DNA of 64,000 bases, from the NCBI GenBank assembly GCA_965202985.1, contig CBDBCF010000001.1, positions 1,152,001-1,216,000 on the forward strand, given 5' to 3'. This stretch comes from Longimicrobiales bacterium. Its GTDB lineage: Bacteria > Gemmatimonadota > Gemmatimonadetes > Longimicrobiales > Gaopeijiaceae. A model generated the notes under the pieces. It did no database searches. It saw nothing but the letters and a program-made list of their open reading frames with translations, and was not told where the DNA came from. The position numbers were made by a program, and so were the translations under genes. Below are positions 37,001-46,873 of the stretch, piece by piece (position 1 is the stretch's first letter; each line of letters opens with the position of its first letter).

Positions 37001-39936
37001 CCACGACCGCTGCCCCCGCCGCCCCTCGCGCCCGTGCCGTCGCGCGCCTCGTCGCGCTCGCGCTGGCCCTCGCGGCCGCGACCGCCCTTCCCCAGCAGCC
37101 CGCCGCCGCCCAGCAGCCCGTCGCCGAAGCCGACCTGGCCGCCTTCCAGCCGCGCCACGTCGGCCCCGCGCTCACGGGCGGCCGCATCCACGACGTGGAG
37201 GCCCTGCCGGACGATCCCTCCACGATCTACGTGGCCACGGCTTCGGGCGGGCTGTGGAAGAGCACCAACCGGGGGATCACGTGGTCGAACCTGTGGGAGC
37301 ACATGCCCACGAGCACCTTCGGCGACGTGGCCGTGGCGCCGTCGAACCCGCAGGTCGTCTACGCCGGTACCGGCGAGCAGCAGAACCGGCAGAGCACGTC
37401 GTGGGGCAACGGCGTCTACCGCTCCGACGACGGCGGCGCCACGTGGACGCACCTGGGCCTGGTCGAGACGCGCCACACCGGACGCATCCAGGTGCACCCC
37501 GAGAACCCGGACGTGGTTTACGTGGCCGCGCTGGGGAACCTCTGGCGCTCCTCCGCCGAGCGGGGCGTGTACCGCTCCGCCGACGGCGGCCGCACCTGGG
37601 ACAAGGTCCTGTACGTGGACGAGCACACCGGCGCCGTGGACCTGGCCATGGACCCGTCCGACCCGCTTACGCTCTACGCCGCCACCTACCAGCGCCAGCG
37701 CCGAACTTGGGGCTTCAACGGCGGCGGCCCCGGCAGCGGCATCCACAAGACCACCGACGGGGGCGACACGTGGCGACCGCTGACCAACGGTCTTCCCGAA
37801 GGCGACAAGGGACGGATCGGGATCGCCGTATCGCGCACGCGGCCGCAGGTGCTCAACGCCCTGGTGCAGCACGCGACCGAGTCCGGCGGATACCGCAGCG
37901 AAGACGGCGGCGAGAGCTGGCGGAAGGTCAGCGACCAGAACATCAGGCCCATGTACTACTCGCACGTCTATATCGACCCCACGGACGAGAACCGCGTCTA
38001 CACGCTGGCCACCTCGTCGTTCCGGAGCGAAGACGGGGGCCGCACCTTCGAAGAGATCGCCGCCAGGCCCACCTACGACGTGGGCGTCCACGCCGACCAC
38101 CACGCCATGTGGATCGACCCCGGCGACCCGAACCACTTCTACTTGGCGGGCGACGCCGGCCTCCACGAGACCTACGACCGGGGCGTCACCTTCCGGCGCA
38201 TCCACAACCTGCCGATCGGCCAGTTCTACGGCATCCACGTGGACAACCGCGACCCGTACTGGATCTACGGCGGCATGCAGGACAACCACTCGTGGATGGG
38301 ACCATCGGCCACGCGCTCGTGGGAAGGGATCGTGGACGACGACTGGCGCCAGACCGGCTTCGGCGACGGCATGTACCAGCAGGCCGCGCCCGACGGACGC
38401 ACCGTCTACATCAACTCCCAGAACGGCAACTGGACCCGCTTCGACCGCACAACCGGCGACATGATCAGCCTTCGCCTGACCGCGCCCCAAGGCGAGGAAC
38501 CGTACCGCTGGGACTGGGTGTCGCCCAGCCTGCTGTCGCGCCACGACCCGTCGGTGGTGTACGTGGGCGGCAACCGCCTCTTCGTGTCTCGGGACCGGGG
38601 CGACACCTTCTCCCGCACCGACGACCTGACCCGTGGCCAGGACCGCGACGAGCTGGAGATCATGGGCGTCAAGGGTCGGGAGATCGCCCTGTCCCGAAAC
38701 GACGGCACTTCCACGTACGGCGAGATCGTCACGATCGCCGAGTCGCCGCTGGACGCGGCCGTCCTGTGGGTGGGAACCGACGACGGCAACGTGCAGGTGT
38801 CCCGCGACGGAGGCCGCACCTGGAACGAGGTGTCGGGGGGCGCCCAGGGCGTGGCGGACGACACCTACGTCAGCCGCGTGGCCGCGTCGGCTCGGGCGCC
38901 GGGGACGGCCTACGTCGCCTTCGACGCCCACCGAGACGGCGACTTCGCACCCTACCTGTACCGCACCGACGACTACGGCGAACGCTGGACGGCCTTGCAC
39001 GACGGGCTGCCGAGCGGCTCCGTCAACGTGGTGGCGGAGCACCCCGACAACCCCGACGTGCTCTTCGTCGGGACCGAGCATCACGTGTTCGCCAGCACCG
39101 ACGCCGGCGCCTCTTGGGCCAAGTTCCCCGGCTTACCCACCACCGCCTACGACGACCTGGTGGTCCACCCGCGCGAGAAGGACCTGGTGCTGGGCACCCA
39201 CGGCCGCTCCATCATCGTGCTGGACGACATCGCCCCGCTGGCGGAGTTCGCCGCCTCCGCCGACCGGCCCGTCTTCCTCTACGCCGTCCGCGCCGGCACG
39301 ATCATGAGCTACTGGAAGGACACGTCGTACCGCGCCCAAGGCGTCTTCATGGGCCAGAACCCGGCCGACGGCGTCCTCGTCGCGTACCGCCTGGGCGCTT
39401 CGGACGCCGCCGCCGGAGACGACGCCCGCGCCCGCCTGGTGGTTCGGAACGCTGCCGGCGAGACGGTCCGCTCCATGGACGTGCCCGGGTCGCCGGGCCT
39501 CCACCGGGTCAACTGGGACCTGCGCCACGGCCTGCCGGGACAGCCCGCCGGCCAGCCCGCTTGGAGCGCCCACGACCCGACCCGGGTCCCGCGCACGCTG
39601 GAGAACCGAGGCCCGTTCGTGTCGCCCGGCGTCTACACGGCCGAACTCTCGGCCGGGGGCAGCACGCACAGCCGCGCCTTCCGGGTTCGGGGCGATCCCG
39701 ACCTGCCCCTGACGGTGGAAGACTACCGGGAGCGGGAGGCGTTCCTGCTGGAGGTGCTGGCGCTTCGGCGCTCGTTGGAAGGTGCGCCCGCCCCGGCTGC
39801 TCGCCACCGCCGAACGCTCCAGCAGCTGTACGGCGCGATCAACGGCGGCGGCGTCCGCCAAGGCACCCTCCATCCGCCCACTGCCACGCAACGGCGCCAA
39901 CTGGAGGAAATCAAGGCCGCGTTGCAGGAGGGCTGA
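36997..39936 (+). CDS. Secreted VPS10/sortilin-like BNR-repeat beta-propeller protein
   Basis: Signal peptide; repeated SxDGGxTW Asp-boxes; GGMQDN and GDG motifs. Confidence 0.9.
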   Translation: MTTTAAPAAPRARAVARLVALALALAAATALPQQPAAAQQPVAEADLAAFQPRHVGPALTGGRIHDVEALPDDPSTIYVATASGGLWKSTNRGITWSNLWEHMPTSTFGDVAVAPSNPQVVYAGTGEQQNRQSTSWGNGVYRSDDGGATWTHLGLVETRHTGRIQVHPENPDVVYVAALGNLWRSSAERGVYRSADGGRTWDKVLYVDEHTGAVDLAMDPSDPLTLYAATYQRQRRTWGFNGGGPGSGIHKTTDGGDTWRPLTNGLPEGDKGRIGIAVSRTRPQVLNALVQHATESGGYRSEDGGESWRKVSDQNIRPMYYSHVYIDPTDENRVYTLATSSFRSEDGGRTFEEIAARPTYDVGVHADHHAMWIDPGDPNHFYLAGDAGLHETYDRGVTFRRIHNLPIGQFYGIHVDNRDPYWIYGGMQDNHSWMGPSATRSWEGIVDDDWRQTGFGDGMYQQAAPDGRTVYINSQNGNWTRFDRTTGDMISLRLTAPQGEEPYRWDWVSPSLLSRHDPSVVYVGGNRLFVSRDRGDTFSRTDDLTRGQDRDELEIMGVKGREIALSRNDGTSTYGEIVTIAESPLDAAVLWVGTDDGNVQVSRDGGRTWNEVSGGAQGVADDTYVSRVAASARAPGTAYVAFDAHRDGDFAPYLYRTDDYGERWTALHDGLPSGSVNVVAEHPDNPDVLFVGTEHHVFASTDAGASWAKFPGLPTTAYDDLVVHPREKDLVLGTHGRSIIVLDDIAPLAEFAASADRPVFLYAVRAGTIMSYWKDTSYRAQGVFMGQNPADGVLVAYRLGASDAAAGDDARARLVVRNAAGETVRSMDVPGSPGLHRVNWDLRHGLPGQPAGQPAWSAHDPTRVPRTLENRGPFVSPGVYTAELSAGGSTHSRAFRVRGDPDLPLTVEDYREREAFLLEVLALRRSLEGAPAPAARHRRTLQQLYGAINGGGVRQGTLHPPTATQRRQLEEIKAALQEG

Positions 39937-39978
39937 CCGCGCCTTCGGCGCAGGCGCAAGCTCCGGCCAAGGCGATTA

Positions 39979-40632
39979 CTAACGATACCCCAGCGGCACT
40001 CCCAGGATGAACTCGAAGGCGTCGTCTTCCACGGGGTCGAACCGCCGGTCCCGCCTGAAGCGCCCTTCCAGGTGAACGGGCACGTTGCCCGCCGCCACCA
40101 CCAGTCCACCGCCGAACCCCCACGTCACGAAGGTGTTCCCCTCGTACGCGCGGGTTGTGGGGTTGAACTGCGAGAAGGCCCTGGGAAACGCGCGCCCGAA
40201 GAAGACGAAGAAGTGCGGCAAGCCCAGGACGTCGGTCTTCACGCCCCCGTAGGCGGTTGCCAAGTAGCTCATCTTGATCTCTGTCTGCCCCCCGCAAGGA
40301 CCGGAAGGGCAGTCGGTACGCGATTCGTTTACCGCCAGGGTCGCGCCTTCGACGCCCAAATACGTCGCCACCCGCATCCCGGAGGACACCCGCGTCCAGA
40401 CGTTCCCGGTCAGACGGATGCCCGCCAGGGGCGCCGCCGGCAAGCGCTGTTCCCTAGGCGTCGTCGAGACGCCCAAGTAGGGCAGCACGCCCAGGGTAAA
40501 CCGGGGCTCGGTCGAGGCCGGCTGCTGGGCTTCCAGCGCGAGCGCCGACAACGACGCCAACACGACCGAAGCCGCCGCTAGGCGGACCACGCCGCCGGGG
40601 CTTCGTCTTGCAAATGCGATCCATTTCGTCAC
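39979..40632 (-). CDS. Small outer-membrane beta-barrel-like protein
   Basis: GGAGG RBS, signal peptide, about 8 amphipathic strands. Confidence 0.6.
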   Translation of the reverse strand: MTKWIAFARRSPGGVVRLAAASVVLASLSALALEAQQPASTEPRFTLGVLPYLGVSTTPREQRLPAAPLAGIRLTGNVWTRVSSGMRVATYLGVEGATLAVNESRTDCPSGPCGGQTEIKMSYLATAYGGVKTDVLGLPHFFVFFGRAFPRAFSQFNPTTRAYEGNTFVTWGFGGGLVVAAGNVPVHLEGRFRRDRRFDPVEDDAFEFILGVPLGYR

Positions 40633-40688
40633 TGCGCCCTCCGGGCTTGGGGGTTGGGCGAAGGCAGGTTGTCAAACCTAACGACAGG

Positions 40689-42017
40689 CTAGAAGAACCG
40701 AAAGAACCCGCCTCCACCGTCGAACCGATTGTTGACTACGTTGTTGTAGATCGAACCAAACTGAAAGGAAAAGCCGACCTCGATGCCGTAGTTGAAGTCC
40801 TGGCTGCGCTGCTGGAGGTTGAGGAGCGCCTCGGCATCGGTGACGCCTTCCGCCGACAGGTAGATCTGGTCGTTCACCCACGAGATGTTGCCCTCGGCGC
40901 TGACCGTCAGCCCCCTGGCGATCCGAAAGTCCAAGTCGCCCCGGAGCGACACGTTGTACAAGTCCTCGTTGTGCAGAAAGTGCGACGCCAGCACTCGCAC
41001 GGAAGCGTCGCCCCAAGGCTGGCGCTGCGAAAGTTCCAGCTCCAGCGACTGCTCCCACCGAGTCTCGGCGGATTGGCCGAAGACCGTCTCGTCGATGTAG
41101 TTCCGGTAGGCGGGTCCGATCTTGTAGAAGCCCGTGAGCGCCCGTCGCGTCGCTTCTTCGTAGGGGAAGACGCTGTACTCCAGGGCGGGCGTGAACTCTG
41201 CGCGGAAGTCTTGGTTGAAGCGCGTGGCCCGGCTGACTTCGCCCTGAATCCCCACCGACCAGTGCTCCGCCAAGGAGTAGGCGACGAGCTGCCTGAAGCC
41301 CCAGTCGATCCTCTGATCCACGAAGGCGGAGTCGTCGGCCAGGTCGATCTCGCGACGGTTGAAGTTCACGTTGCCGCGCAAGTTCGTCTTCCAGGTGGGC
41401 GTCACTCGCGACGCGCTGAAGCTTCCGTCCACGCGGTTGGTGCGGCGCGTGGCCTCTCCGTCCAGCTCGGTCCGACCGCCCACCCGAAAGACCCAGAAGT
41501 TCCACGGATCGTCCACCTCTTCTTGGCCGACCACGCGAGCGCCCGGGTCCACGGCGTCCGGACCGGCGGCAACCACCGAGGCCGGGGGATCGAAGCCCGC
41601 GGCGCTGGCGAAGTGGAGCAGGCCCACCGCCAGGGCGTGGGCGATGCCGTCCAGCGCCTCGCGGTCGGTGTCCGTGGGCAGCGTCTGATAGCGCAGCTGC
41701 TCCTGGTAGCCGAACCGCTCGCTGCCGATGAAGTCCAGCTGGTATTCTCGACCGCCCGCCCCCGTGGCCTGGGAAGTGACGATGAGGTGGACATCCGAGT
41801 CTTCGGGCAGCCTGACCCAGTTCACCCAAGGCAGCTCGGTCCTGTAGTAGTTCAAGTTGCAGCGACGGCCCGAACAGTCGAAGAAGACGCTGGGACGGCT
41901 GGCGTCCACATCTGCCGGCGACTGCCCGTCCAGGCACGCGGGCGCGCCGGCGAAGGCGGCCGCAGCGGCCAGAAACACGGCGACGGCGGCAGCCGCGGCC
42001 GCGCCGGGCGCCGTCAA
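40689..42017 (-). CDS. Outer-membrane beta-barrel protein with N-terminal CxxxxC domain, no plug domain
   Basis: Signal peptide, VFFDCSGRRC, alternating strands, FSFQFGSIYNNVVNNRF end; TTGA overlap. Confidence 0.75.
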   Translation of the reverse strand: MTAPGAAAAAAVAVFLAAAAAFAGAPACLDGQSPADVDASRPSVFFDCSGRRCNLNYYRTELPWVNWVRLPEDSDVHLIVTSQATGAGGREYQLDFIGSERFGYQEQLRYQTLPTDTDREALDGIAHALAVGLLHFASAAGFDPPASVVAAGPDAVDPGARVVGQEEVDDPWNFWVFRVGGRTELDGEATRRTNRVDGSFSASRVTPTWKTNLRGNVNFNRREIDLADDSAFVDQRIDWGFRQLVAYSLAEHWSVGIQGEVSRATRFNQDFRAEFTPALEYSVFPYEEATRRALTGFYKIGPAYRNYIDETVFGQSAETRWEQSLELELSQRQPWGDASVRVLASHFLHNEDLYNVSLRGDLDFRIARGLTVSAEGNISWVNDQIYLSAEGVTDAEALLNLQQRSQDFNYGIEVGFSFQFGSIYNNVVNNRFDGGGGFFRFF

Positions 42018-42421
42018 CGTCGTCGCGTCGTGACGATGATGGCGCCGGCCAAGTGGTTGGTGCCGAAACGAGTGGTGGCGTCGCTGGCGCTGAGGTACCG
42101 AACTTCGCCCACGTCGCCGGGGAGCAGCGAACGGAGGTCGTATATCCCGCCGAAGGGCTGGCCGTCCAGGTACACTCTGGGCGTCTGGGGCATGGGGTCG
42201 CGGAGCGTGGCCGAATTCCGCGCTTGCAGCCATCGGGGACGCAGGGCGCGCACGGCTTCGTAGAGCGAGCTGTGGGGCACGGCCATGAGTTCCTCGTTCG
42301 CGATCGCGTTGCGGGATCGACCCGACGGCCCGCGTTCTCCGGTGGACGCGCACGAAGCCGCAAGACTCGCCGCGCCGAAACTTGCCACCGCCGTCGCGAG
42401 TAGAACGGTATGTCGCTTCAT
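42014..42421 (-). CDS. Stand-alone TonB-receptor plug-like lipoprotein
   Basis: AAGGAG RBS, lipobox AASC, VYLDG..DVGEVRYLSASDATTRFG..GAIIVTTR resembling a plug C-terminus. Confidence 0.75.
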   Translation of the reverse strand: MKRHTVLLATAVASFGAASLAASCASTGERGPSGRSRNAIANEELMAVPHSSLYEAVRALRPRWLQARNSATLRDPMPQTPRVYLDGQPFGGIYDLRSLLPGDVGEVRYLSASDATTRFGTNHLAGAIIVTTRRR

Positions 42422-42535
42422 TGCGTCTCCTTCGGCCAGTAGGAAGCCAGCTCGGCCCGACATTCAACGTAGACCCGCGAGCACGGGTTGGAAACCTGGC
42501 GCTCCGTCCGTCGTTCCGCGGGCAGGGAATCCGCT

Positions 42536-42820
42536 ATGGACTGGGAAGTCGTCGCCCCCATGATCGTGAGCATCGTGTTCATCTTGACCGTCGGGGGCGT
42601 GATCGTCCTCCGCCCCATCTCGAAGCGGCTGGGCACGCTTCTGGAGGTGATGGCCCAGCGCAAGGGCGCCTTGGCGGACGACGACGAGGCTTTCCGCCTT
42701 CGGGAGGTCGTCGAGTCCATGAGTCGGCGGCTGGCGCTGATGGAGGAGCGGCAGGACTTCACTGAGCGGCTGCTGGAACGAGGGAGCGGCGCACCCGCGG
42801 ACGAGCCGCCGCCCAGGTAG
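42536..42820 (+). CDS. Small membrane protein (TM + coiled coil, PspB-like architecture)
   Basis: One TM segment followed by RLALMEERQDFTERLL. Confidence 0.7.
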   Translation: MDWEVVAPMIVSIVFILTVGGVIVLRPISKRLGTLLEVMAQRKGALADDDEAFRLREVVESMSRRLALMEERQDFTERLLERGSGAPADEPPPR

Positions 42821-42897
42821 CGGACGCGCCTTCGCCGGCCCGGCGAGCCTTTCGAGGGGCCGCCAGCCCTGCCGCGCCGGGGGAACGAGCTGAACCG

Positions 42898-43785
42898 TCA
42901 GTCGTTCGGCGGCGCCATGGGCTCGTCTCGGCTCACCACGCGAGCCGCGGAGCCCGCGATCAGCGGATCGGGACCGGTTACCACCTCGGAGTCCTTGCCG
43001 GGGTACGGCAACTCGCGCAGGAAGTACTGCATGCACGCCAGCCGAGCCCGCTTCTTGTCGTCGGACTTGATGACCGTCCAGGGGGCGTCGGCGGTGTCGG
43101 TGTAGAAGAACATGGCCTCCTTGGCTTCGGTGTAGTCGGGCCACTTGTCCAGCGAAGCCATGTCCACGGGCGAGATCTTCCACTGCTTGAGCGGGTCGGT
43201 CTTGCGCCGGTCGAAGCGGTGGATCTGCTCGTGCTGGGACACGGAGAACCAGAACTTGAAGAGGGCGATTCCGCTGTTGACCAGCATCCGCTCCAGTTCG
43301 GGACACTGGCGCAGGAACTCCAGGTACTCTTGACCGGTGCAGAACCCCATGACCCGCTCCACACCGGCGCGGTTGTACCACGAACGGTCGAAGAGCACGA
43401 TCTCGCCCGACGAAGGCAGGTGCTTCACGTAGCGCTGGAAGTACCACTGGCCGCGCTCGACCTCGCCGGGCTTGTCCAGGGCCACGACTCTCGCCCCCCG
43501 GGGGTTCAAGTGCTCCATGAACCGCTTGATCGTGCCGCCCTTGCCCGCCGCGTCGCGACCCTCGAAGAGCACGACGACCTTGGCGCCCGACTCCTTGATC
43601 CAGCGCTGGGCCTTCAGGAGTTCGACCTGCAGGCGCGCCTTCTCGTTCTCGTAGGTCTGCCGCTTCATCTTCGTGGCGTAGGGATAGACGCCCTCGCGGA
43701 ACACCCGTTCGATGGCGGCGCGGTCCCCATGCGCGACCAGCGGCGCGCCGTCCCGGTCGGCACCGGTGCCGTCTTCCCAGGTCAT
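42898..43785 (-). CDS. ppk2: Polyphosphate kinase 2
   Basis: FEGRDAAGKGG, LFDRSWYNRAGVE and DPLKQWKISP motifs. Confidence 0.96.
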   Translation of the reverse strand: MTWEDGTGADRDGAPLVAHGDRAAIERVFREGVYPYATKMKRQTYENEKARLQVELLKAQRWIKESGAKVVVLFEGRDAAGKGGTIKRFMEHLNPRGARVVALDKPGEVERGQWYFQRYVKHLPSSGEIVLFDRSWYNRAGVERVMGFCTGQEYLEFLRQCPELERMLVNSGIALFKFWFSVSQHEQIHRFDRRKTDPLKQWKISPVDMASLDKWPDYTEAKEAMFFYTDTADAPWTVIKSDDKKRARLACMQYFLRELPYPGKDSEVVTGPDPLIAGSAARVVSRDEPMAPPND

Positions 43786-44375
43786 GGCCGCCCCTCCGCC
43801 GTTCGGGTCTCCAGTCGGCGAGGCAGGATCAGGTGCGTCAGTTCGCCGCCGCCCGACACCAAGTCCCAGCGGTCGCCGCCGAGCTCGACAACCGCCGCGG
43901 CCCCCGTGGGCATCTTCAGCCGGATAAGCTCGGTCTCTTCGGGGTCGCCCCTGCGGGCCAACCCGCACGCAAGAGAGTGAATGCCGGGGTTGTGGCCCAG
44001 GATCATCAGCGTGTCCACGTCGGACGGTGCGGTCGCCGCGAGCTCCAGGAGCGCCTCCGTCGTCGCCAAGTACAGCTCGCGAAGAAAGCGGACCTGGGGG
44101 GCGCCGGCCGCCGTTGCGTGATCCTGCCGGGCGCCGGCCGCGTCATCTTCCCGGAAACCCCGCTCGAACCGGGCCGCCATCAGTTCCCAGGTCTGGCGTG
44201 TTCGGGCCGCCGTGCTGCAGTACGTCAACTCCGGCACGCATCCGCGTTCCGCCAGTGCGCCGGCAACCCGAGGGGCGGCCCAGCGGCCCCGTAGGTTCAA
44301 CGGGCGGTCGTGATCGGGGACCGTGCTGTCCGCCCAACTGGACTTGGCGTGCCTGACGACGACGATGCGCTTCAT
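43782..44375 (-). CDS. sixA: SixA-type phosphohistidine phosphatase
   Basis: RHAKSSW, DHDRPLN, STAARTRQT and GHNPG motifs. Confidence 0.88.
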   Translation of the reverse strand: MKRIVVVRHAKSSWADSTVPDHDRPLNLRGRWAAPRVAGALAERGCVPELTYCSTAARTRQTWELMAARFERGFREDDAAGARQDHATAAGAPQVRFLRELYLATTEALLELAATAPSDVDTLMILGHNPGIHSLACGLARRGDPEETELIRLKMPTGAAAVVELGGDRWDLVSGGGELTHLILPRRLETRTAEGRP

Positions 44376-44542
44376 GGATACCGGCTCCGCAAGTTCGGCG
44401 TTTGCTCTCGCCTCCGATCATGGGCCCGTCGGCGTCCGGCGCGAAAGGGGCGCGTGCCTTTTCCCCTGGTGCCCGCCCGTCGGATTCGCCAACTTGGTGT
44501 CGCGCAGCGGGCGGACGAACACCAGGAAGAGGAGGAAGCAGG

Positions 44543-45307
44543 ATGGCGGGCACACCCAACGGTCGCTTCTGTTGGTACGAACTCATGACCACGGACCCGG
44601 ACGCGGCGGTGGAGTTCTACGGCCGGATCGCAGGCTGGACCACGGCGCCGTGGGGCGAGGGCGAAAAGCCGTACACGATGTGGATGAACGGCGAGACGCC
44701 GATCGGCGGCGTCATGGAGCTGCCAGAAGAAGGGGTGCCCCCGTGCTGGCTGGCCTACGTCTCGACGCCGGACGTGGACGCCGCCAACCAGCAGGTCAGG
44801 GCGCTGGGCGGCAACATCCTGAAGGAGCTGGCGATCCCCCAGGTCGGGCGCATCTCGGTGGTGCAGGACCCCCAGGGCGGCGTCCTCTCGATCATCGAGC
44901 CCGAGGGCGACGCGCCGGGTCACGACGACATGGCGGCGGTCGGCGAGTTCTCGTGGCACGAGCTGGCGACCAGCGACTGGGAGGCGGCGTGGCGCTTCTA
45001 CTCGCAGATGTTCGGCTGGCAGGAGGCGAGCCAGATGGACATGCCCGAAGGCATGGGCATCTACCACATGTTCAGCAGGGGCGCGCATCCGCTGGGCGGC
45101 ATGTTCAACCTGCACTCCGCCATGCCGATCGGCTGGGCGTTCTACGTCCGCGTCCCCGACACGCACGCCGCCGTCGAGACGATCAAGGAGCTGGGCGGAG
45201 AGATCCTGAACGGCCCCATGGAGGTTCCGGGCGGCGACTTCGTCGCGCAGTGCAAGGACCCGCAGGGGGTCGTCTTCGCGGTTCACTCGACGGCGGCCCA
45301 GGACTGA
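44543..45307 (+). CDS. VOC/glyoxalase family protein (two domains)
   Basis: FCWYEL..DPQG and FSWHEL..DPQG repeats. Confidence 0.92.
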   Translation: MAGTPNGRFCWYELMTTDPDAAVEFYGRIAGWTTAPWGEGEKPYTMWMNGETPIGGVMELPEEGVPPCWLAYVSTPDVDAANQQVRALGGNILKELAIPQVGRISVVQDPQGGVLSIIEPEGDAPGHDDMAAVGEFSWHELATSDWEAAWRFYSQMFGWQEASQMDMPEGMGIYHMFSRGAHPLGGMFNLHSAMPIGWAFYVRVPDTHAAVETIKELGGEILNGPMEVPGGDFVAQCKDPQGVVFAVHSTAAQD

Positions 45308-45370
45308 CCCGACGGCGGGGGGCCGGGGCCGCGACCTCGCACTGGCCGGACCGGACCGGCCGATCCGCCT

Positions 45371-46438
45371 TCACGCCACCTGGATCGAGTCGTCCAAGAA
45401 GACGTCCTGTATCAGGTTCAGTAGGCGGACGCCCTCGGCCATGGGGCGCTGAAACGCCTTTCGGCCCGAGATCAGCCCCATGCCGCCGGCCCGCTTGTTG
45501 ATCACGGCCGTGCGTGCGGCCTGGACGAAGTCGTCGGCGCCGCTGGACCCGCCCGAGTTGATCAGCCCCGCCCGCCCCATGTAGCAGTTGGCGACCTGGT
45601 ACCGCGTCATTTCGACGGGGTGCGCGCCCGGCACGAGTTCGTCGTAGACCTTGGGGTGCGTGCGTCCGAAGCCGACCGCTGCGTACCCGCCGTCCACCTG
45701 AGGCTGCTTCTGCTTGACGATGTCCGCCTGGATCGTGGCACCCAGGTGGTTCGCCTGGCCCGTCAGGTCCGCCGCCGCGTGGTAGTCCGTCCCGTCCTTC
45801 TTGAAGGCGGGCTGGCGCAGATAGCACCACAGCACCGTCACCATCCCCAGCTCGTGCGCCATCTGAAAGGCCTCGGACACCTCCTGAAGCTGTCGCGCCC
45901 CCTCTTCCGAGCCGAAGTAGATCGTGGCGCCCACGGCGACGGCGCCGAGCTCCCAGGCCTGCTGCACGCCGGCGAACATGACCTGGTCGTACCGGTTGGG
46001 GTACGTGAGCAGCTCGTTGTGGTTCAGCTTGACCAGGAACGGGATCCGGTGCGCGTACTTGCGCGAGCAGGCGCCCAGCACGCCCACCGTGGAAGCGACG
46101 GCGTTGCATCCGCCCTCGATCGCCAGCTCCACGATCCTGCCGGGGTCGAAGTACGCCGGGTTCGGCGCGAACGACGCCCCGGCCGAGTGCTCGATCCCCT
46201 GGTCCACCGGCAGGATCGACACGTACCCGGTGCCGGCCAGCCTGCCGTGGCCCAGGATCTGCTGCATGCTCCGCAGCACCTGGGGTCCCCGGTCGCTCGA
46301 CGCCATGACCCGATCCACGAACCCGGGGCCGGGAAGGTGCAGCGTCTCCTTGGGAAATCCCTTGGCGCGATAGGTCAGCAGGTCTTCGGCTTCGCTGCCC
46401 AACAGGTCGCGAATTCGGCTGGCGGCGGGTGCGGTCAT
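45371..46438 (-). CDS. fbaB: Class I fructose-bisphosphate aldolase
   Basis: [30 protein letters not shown] and [10 protein letters not shown] motifs. Confidence 0.96.
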   Translation of the reverse strand: MTAPAASRIRDLLGSEAEDLLTYRAKGFPKETLHLPGPGFVDRVMASSDRGPQVLRSMQQILGHGRLAGTGYVSILPVDQGIEHSAGASFAPNPAYFDPGRIVELAIEGGCNAVASTVGVLGACSRKYAHRIPFLVKLNHNELLTYPNRYDQVMFAGVQQAWELGAVAVGATIYFGSEEGARQLQEVSEAFQMAHELGMVTVLWCYLRQPAFKKDGTDYHAAADLTGQANHLGATIQADIVKQKQPQVDGGYAAVGFGRTHPKVYDELVPGAHPVEMTRYQVANCYMGRAGLINSGGSSGADDFVQAARTAVINKRAGGMGLISGRKAFQRPMAEGVRLLNLIQDVFLDDSIQVA

Positions 46439-46557
46439 CGGCGGGCTCCAGGTATTGGTGGCGGCAGGGGAAGTCTGGTCAATGCTCGGGGACTTGCTGT
46501 ATTCTGCTCTACTCTACTCTAACGTGTCGAACGTTCGGCGAGCGGGAGAAAGCGCAA

Positions 46558-46818
46558 GTGACGACGAATCAAGAGACATGGGGGCGCGCGAAGGCCCTGG
46601 GCTTGGCAGTTGCATGCATGGGCGCGGGGTGCTCTTACGGCGCGATCAGGGTATTCGCCATGGGTGCGGATTGGAGCACGCTGGTGGGCAGCTTCCTTGC
46701 CGCCGGCGTCGTTGGAGCGGTGGCGGTCTGCTCGGTGCGCCCGAAGGCCGAGAAGCCCGTGCACATGGCGTGGGGCTGCGCCTTCTTCGTGGCGGCGCTC
46801 GTCTGGGTGGTCATCTGA
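46558..46818 (+). CDS. Small hypothetical membrane protein (3 TM)
   Basis: GGAG RBS, GTG start, three hydrophobic stretches. Confidence 0.5.
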   Translation: MTTNQETWGRAKALGLAVACMGAGCSYGAIRVFAMGADWSTLVGSFLAAGVVGAVAVCSVRPKAEKPVHMAWGCAFFVAALVWVVI

Positions 46819-46873
46819 CTGACATCAATGGTCGTTTGGCGCATTCGACGCCGGCACGCTCCCACGACCCCCG

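Noticed and set aside
36155..39936. Functional link between the DEDDh exonuclease and the overlapping VPS10-like gene
   Set aside because: A cytoplasmic nuclease and a secreted protein; ATGA overlaps are common throughout this window
46506..46537. CTCTA tandem repeat and CGAACGTTCG palindrome between fbaB and the small membrane gene
   Set aside because: Too short to distinguish from chance; no second copy seen
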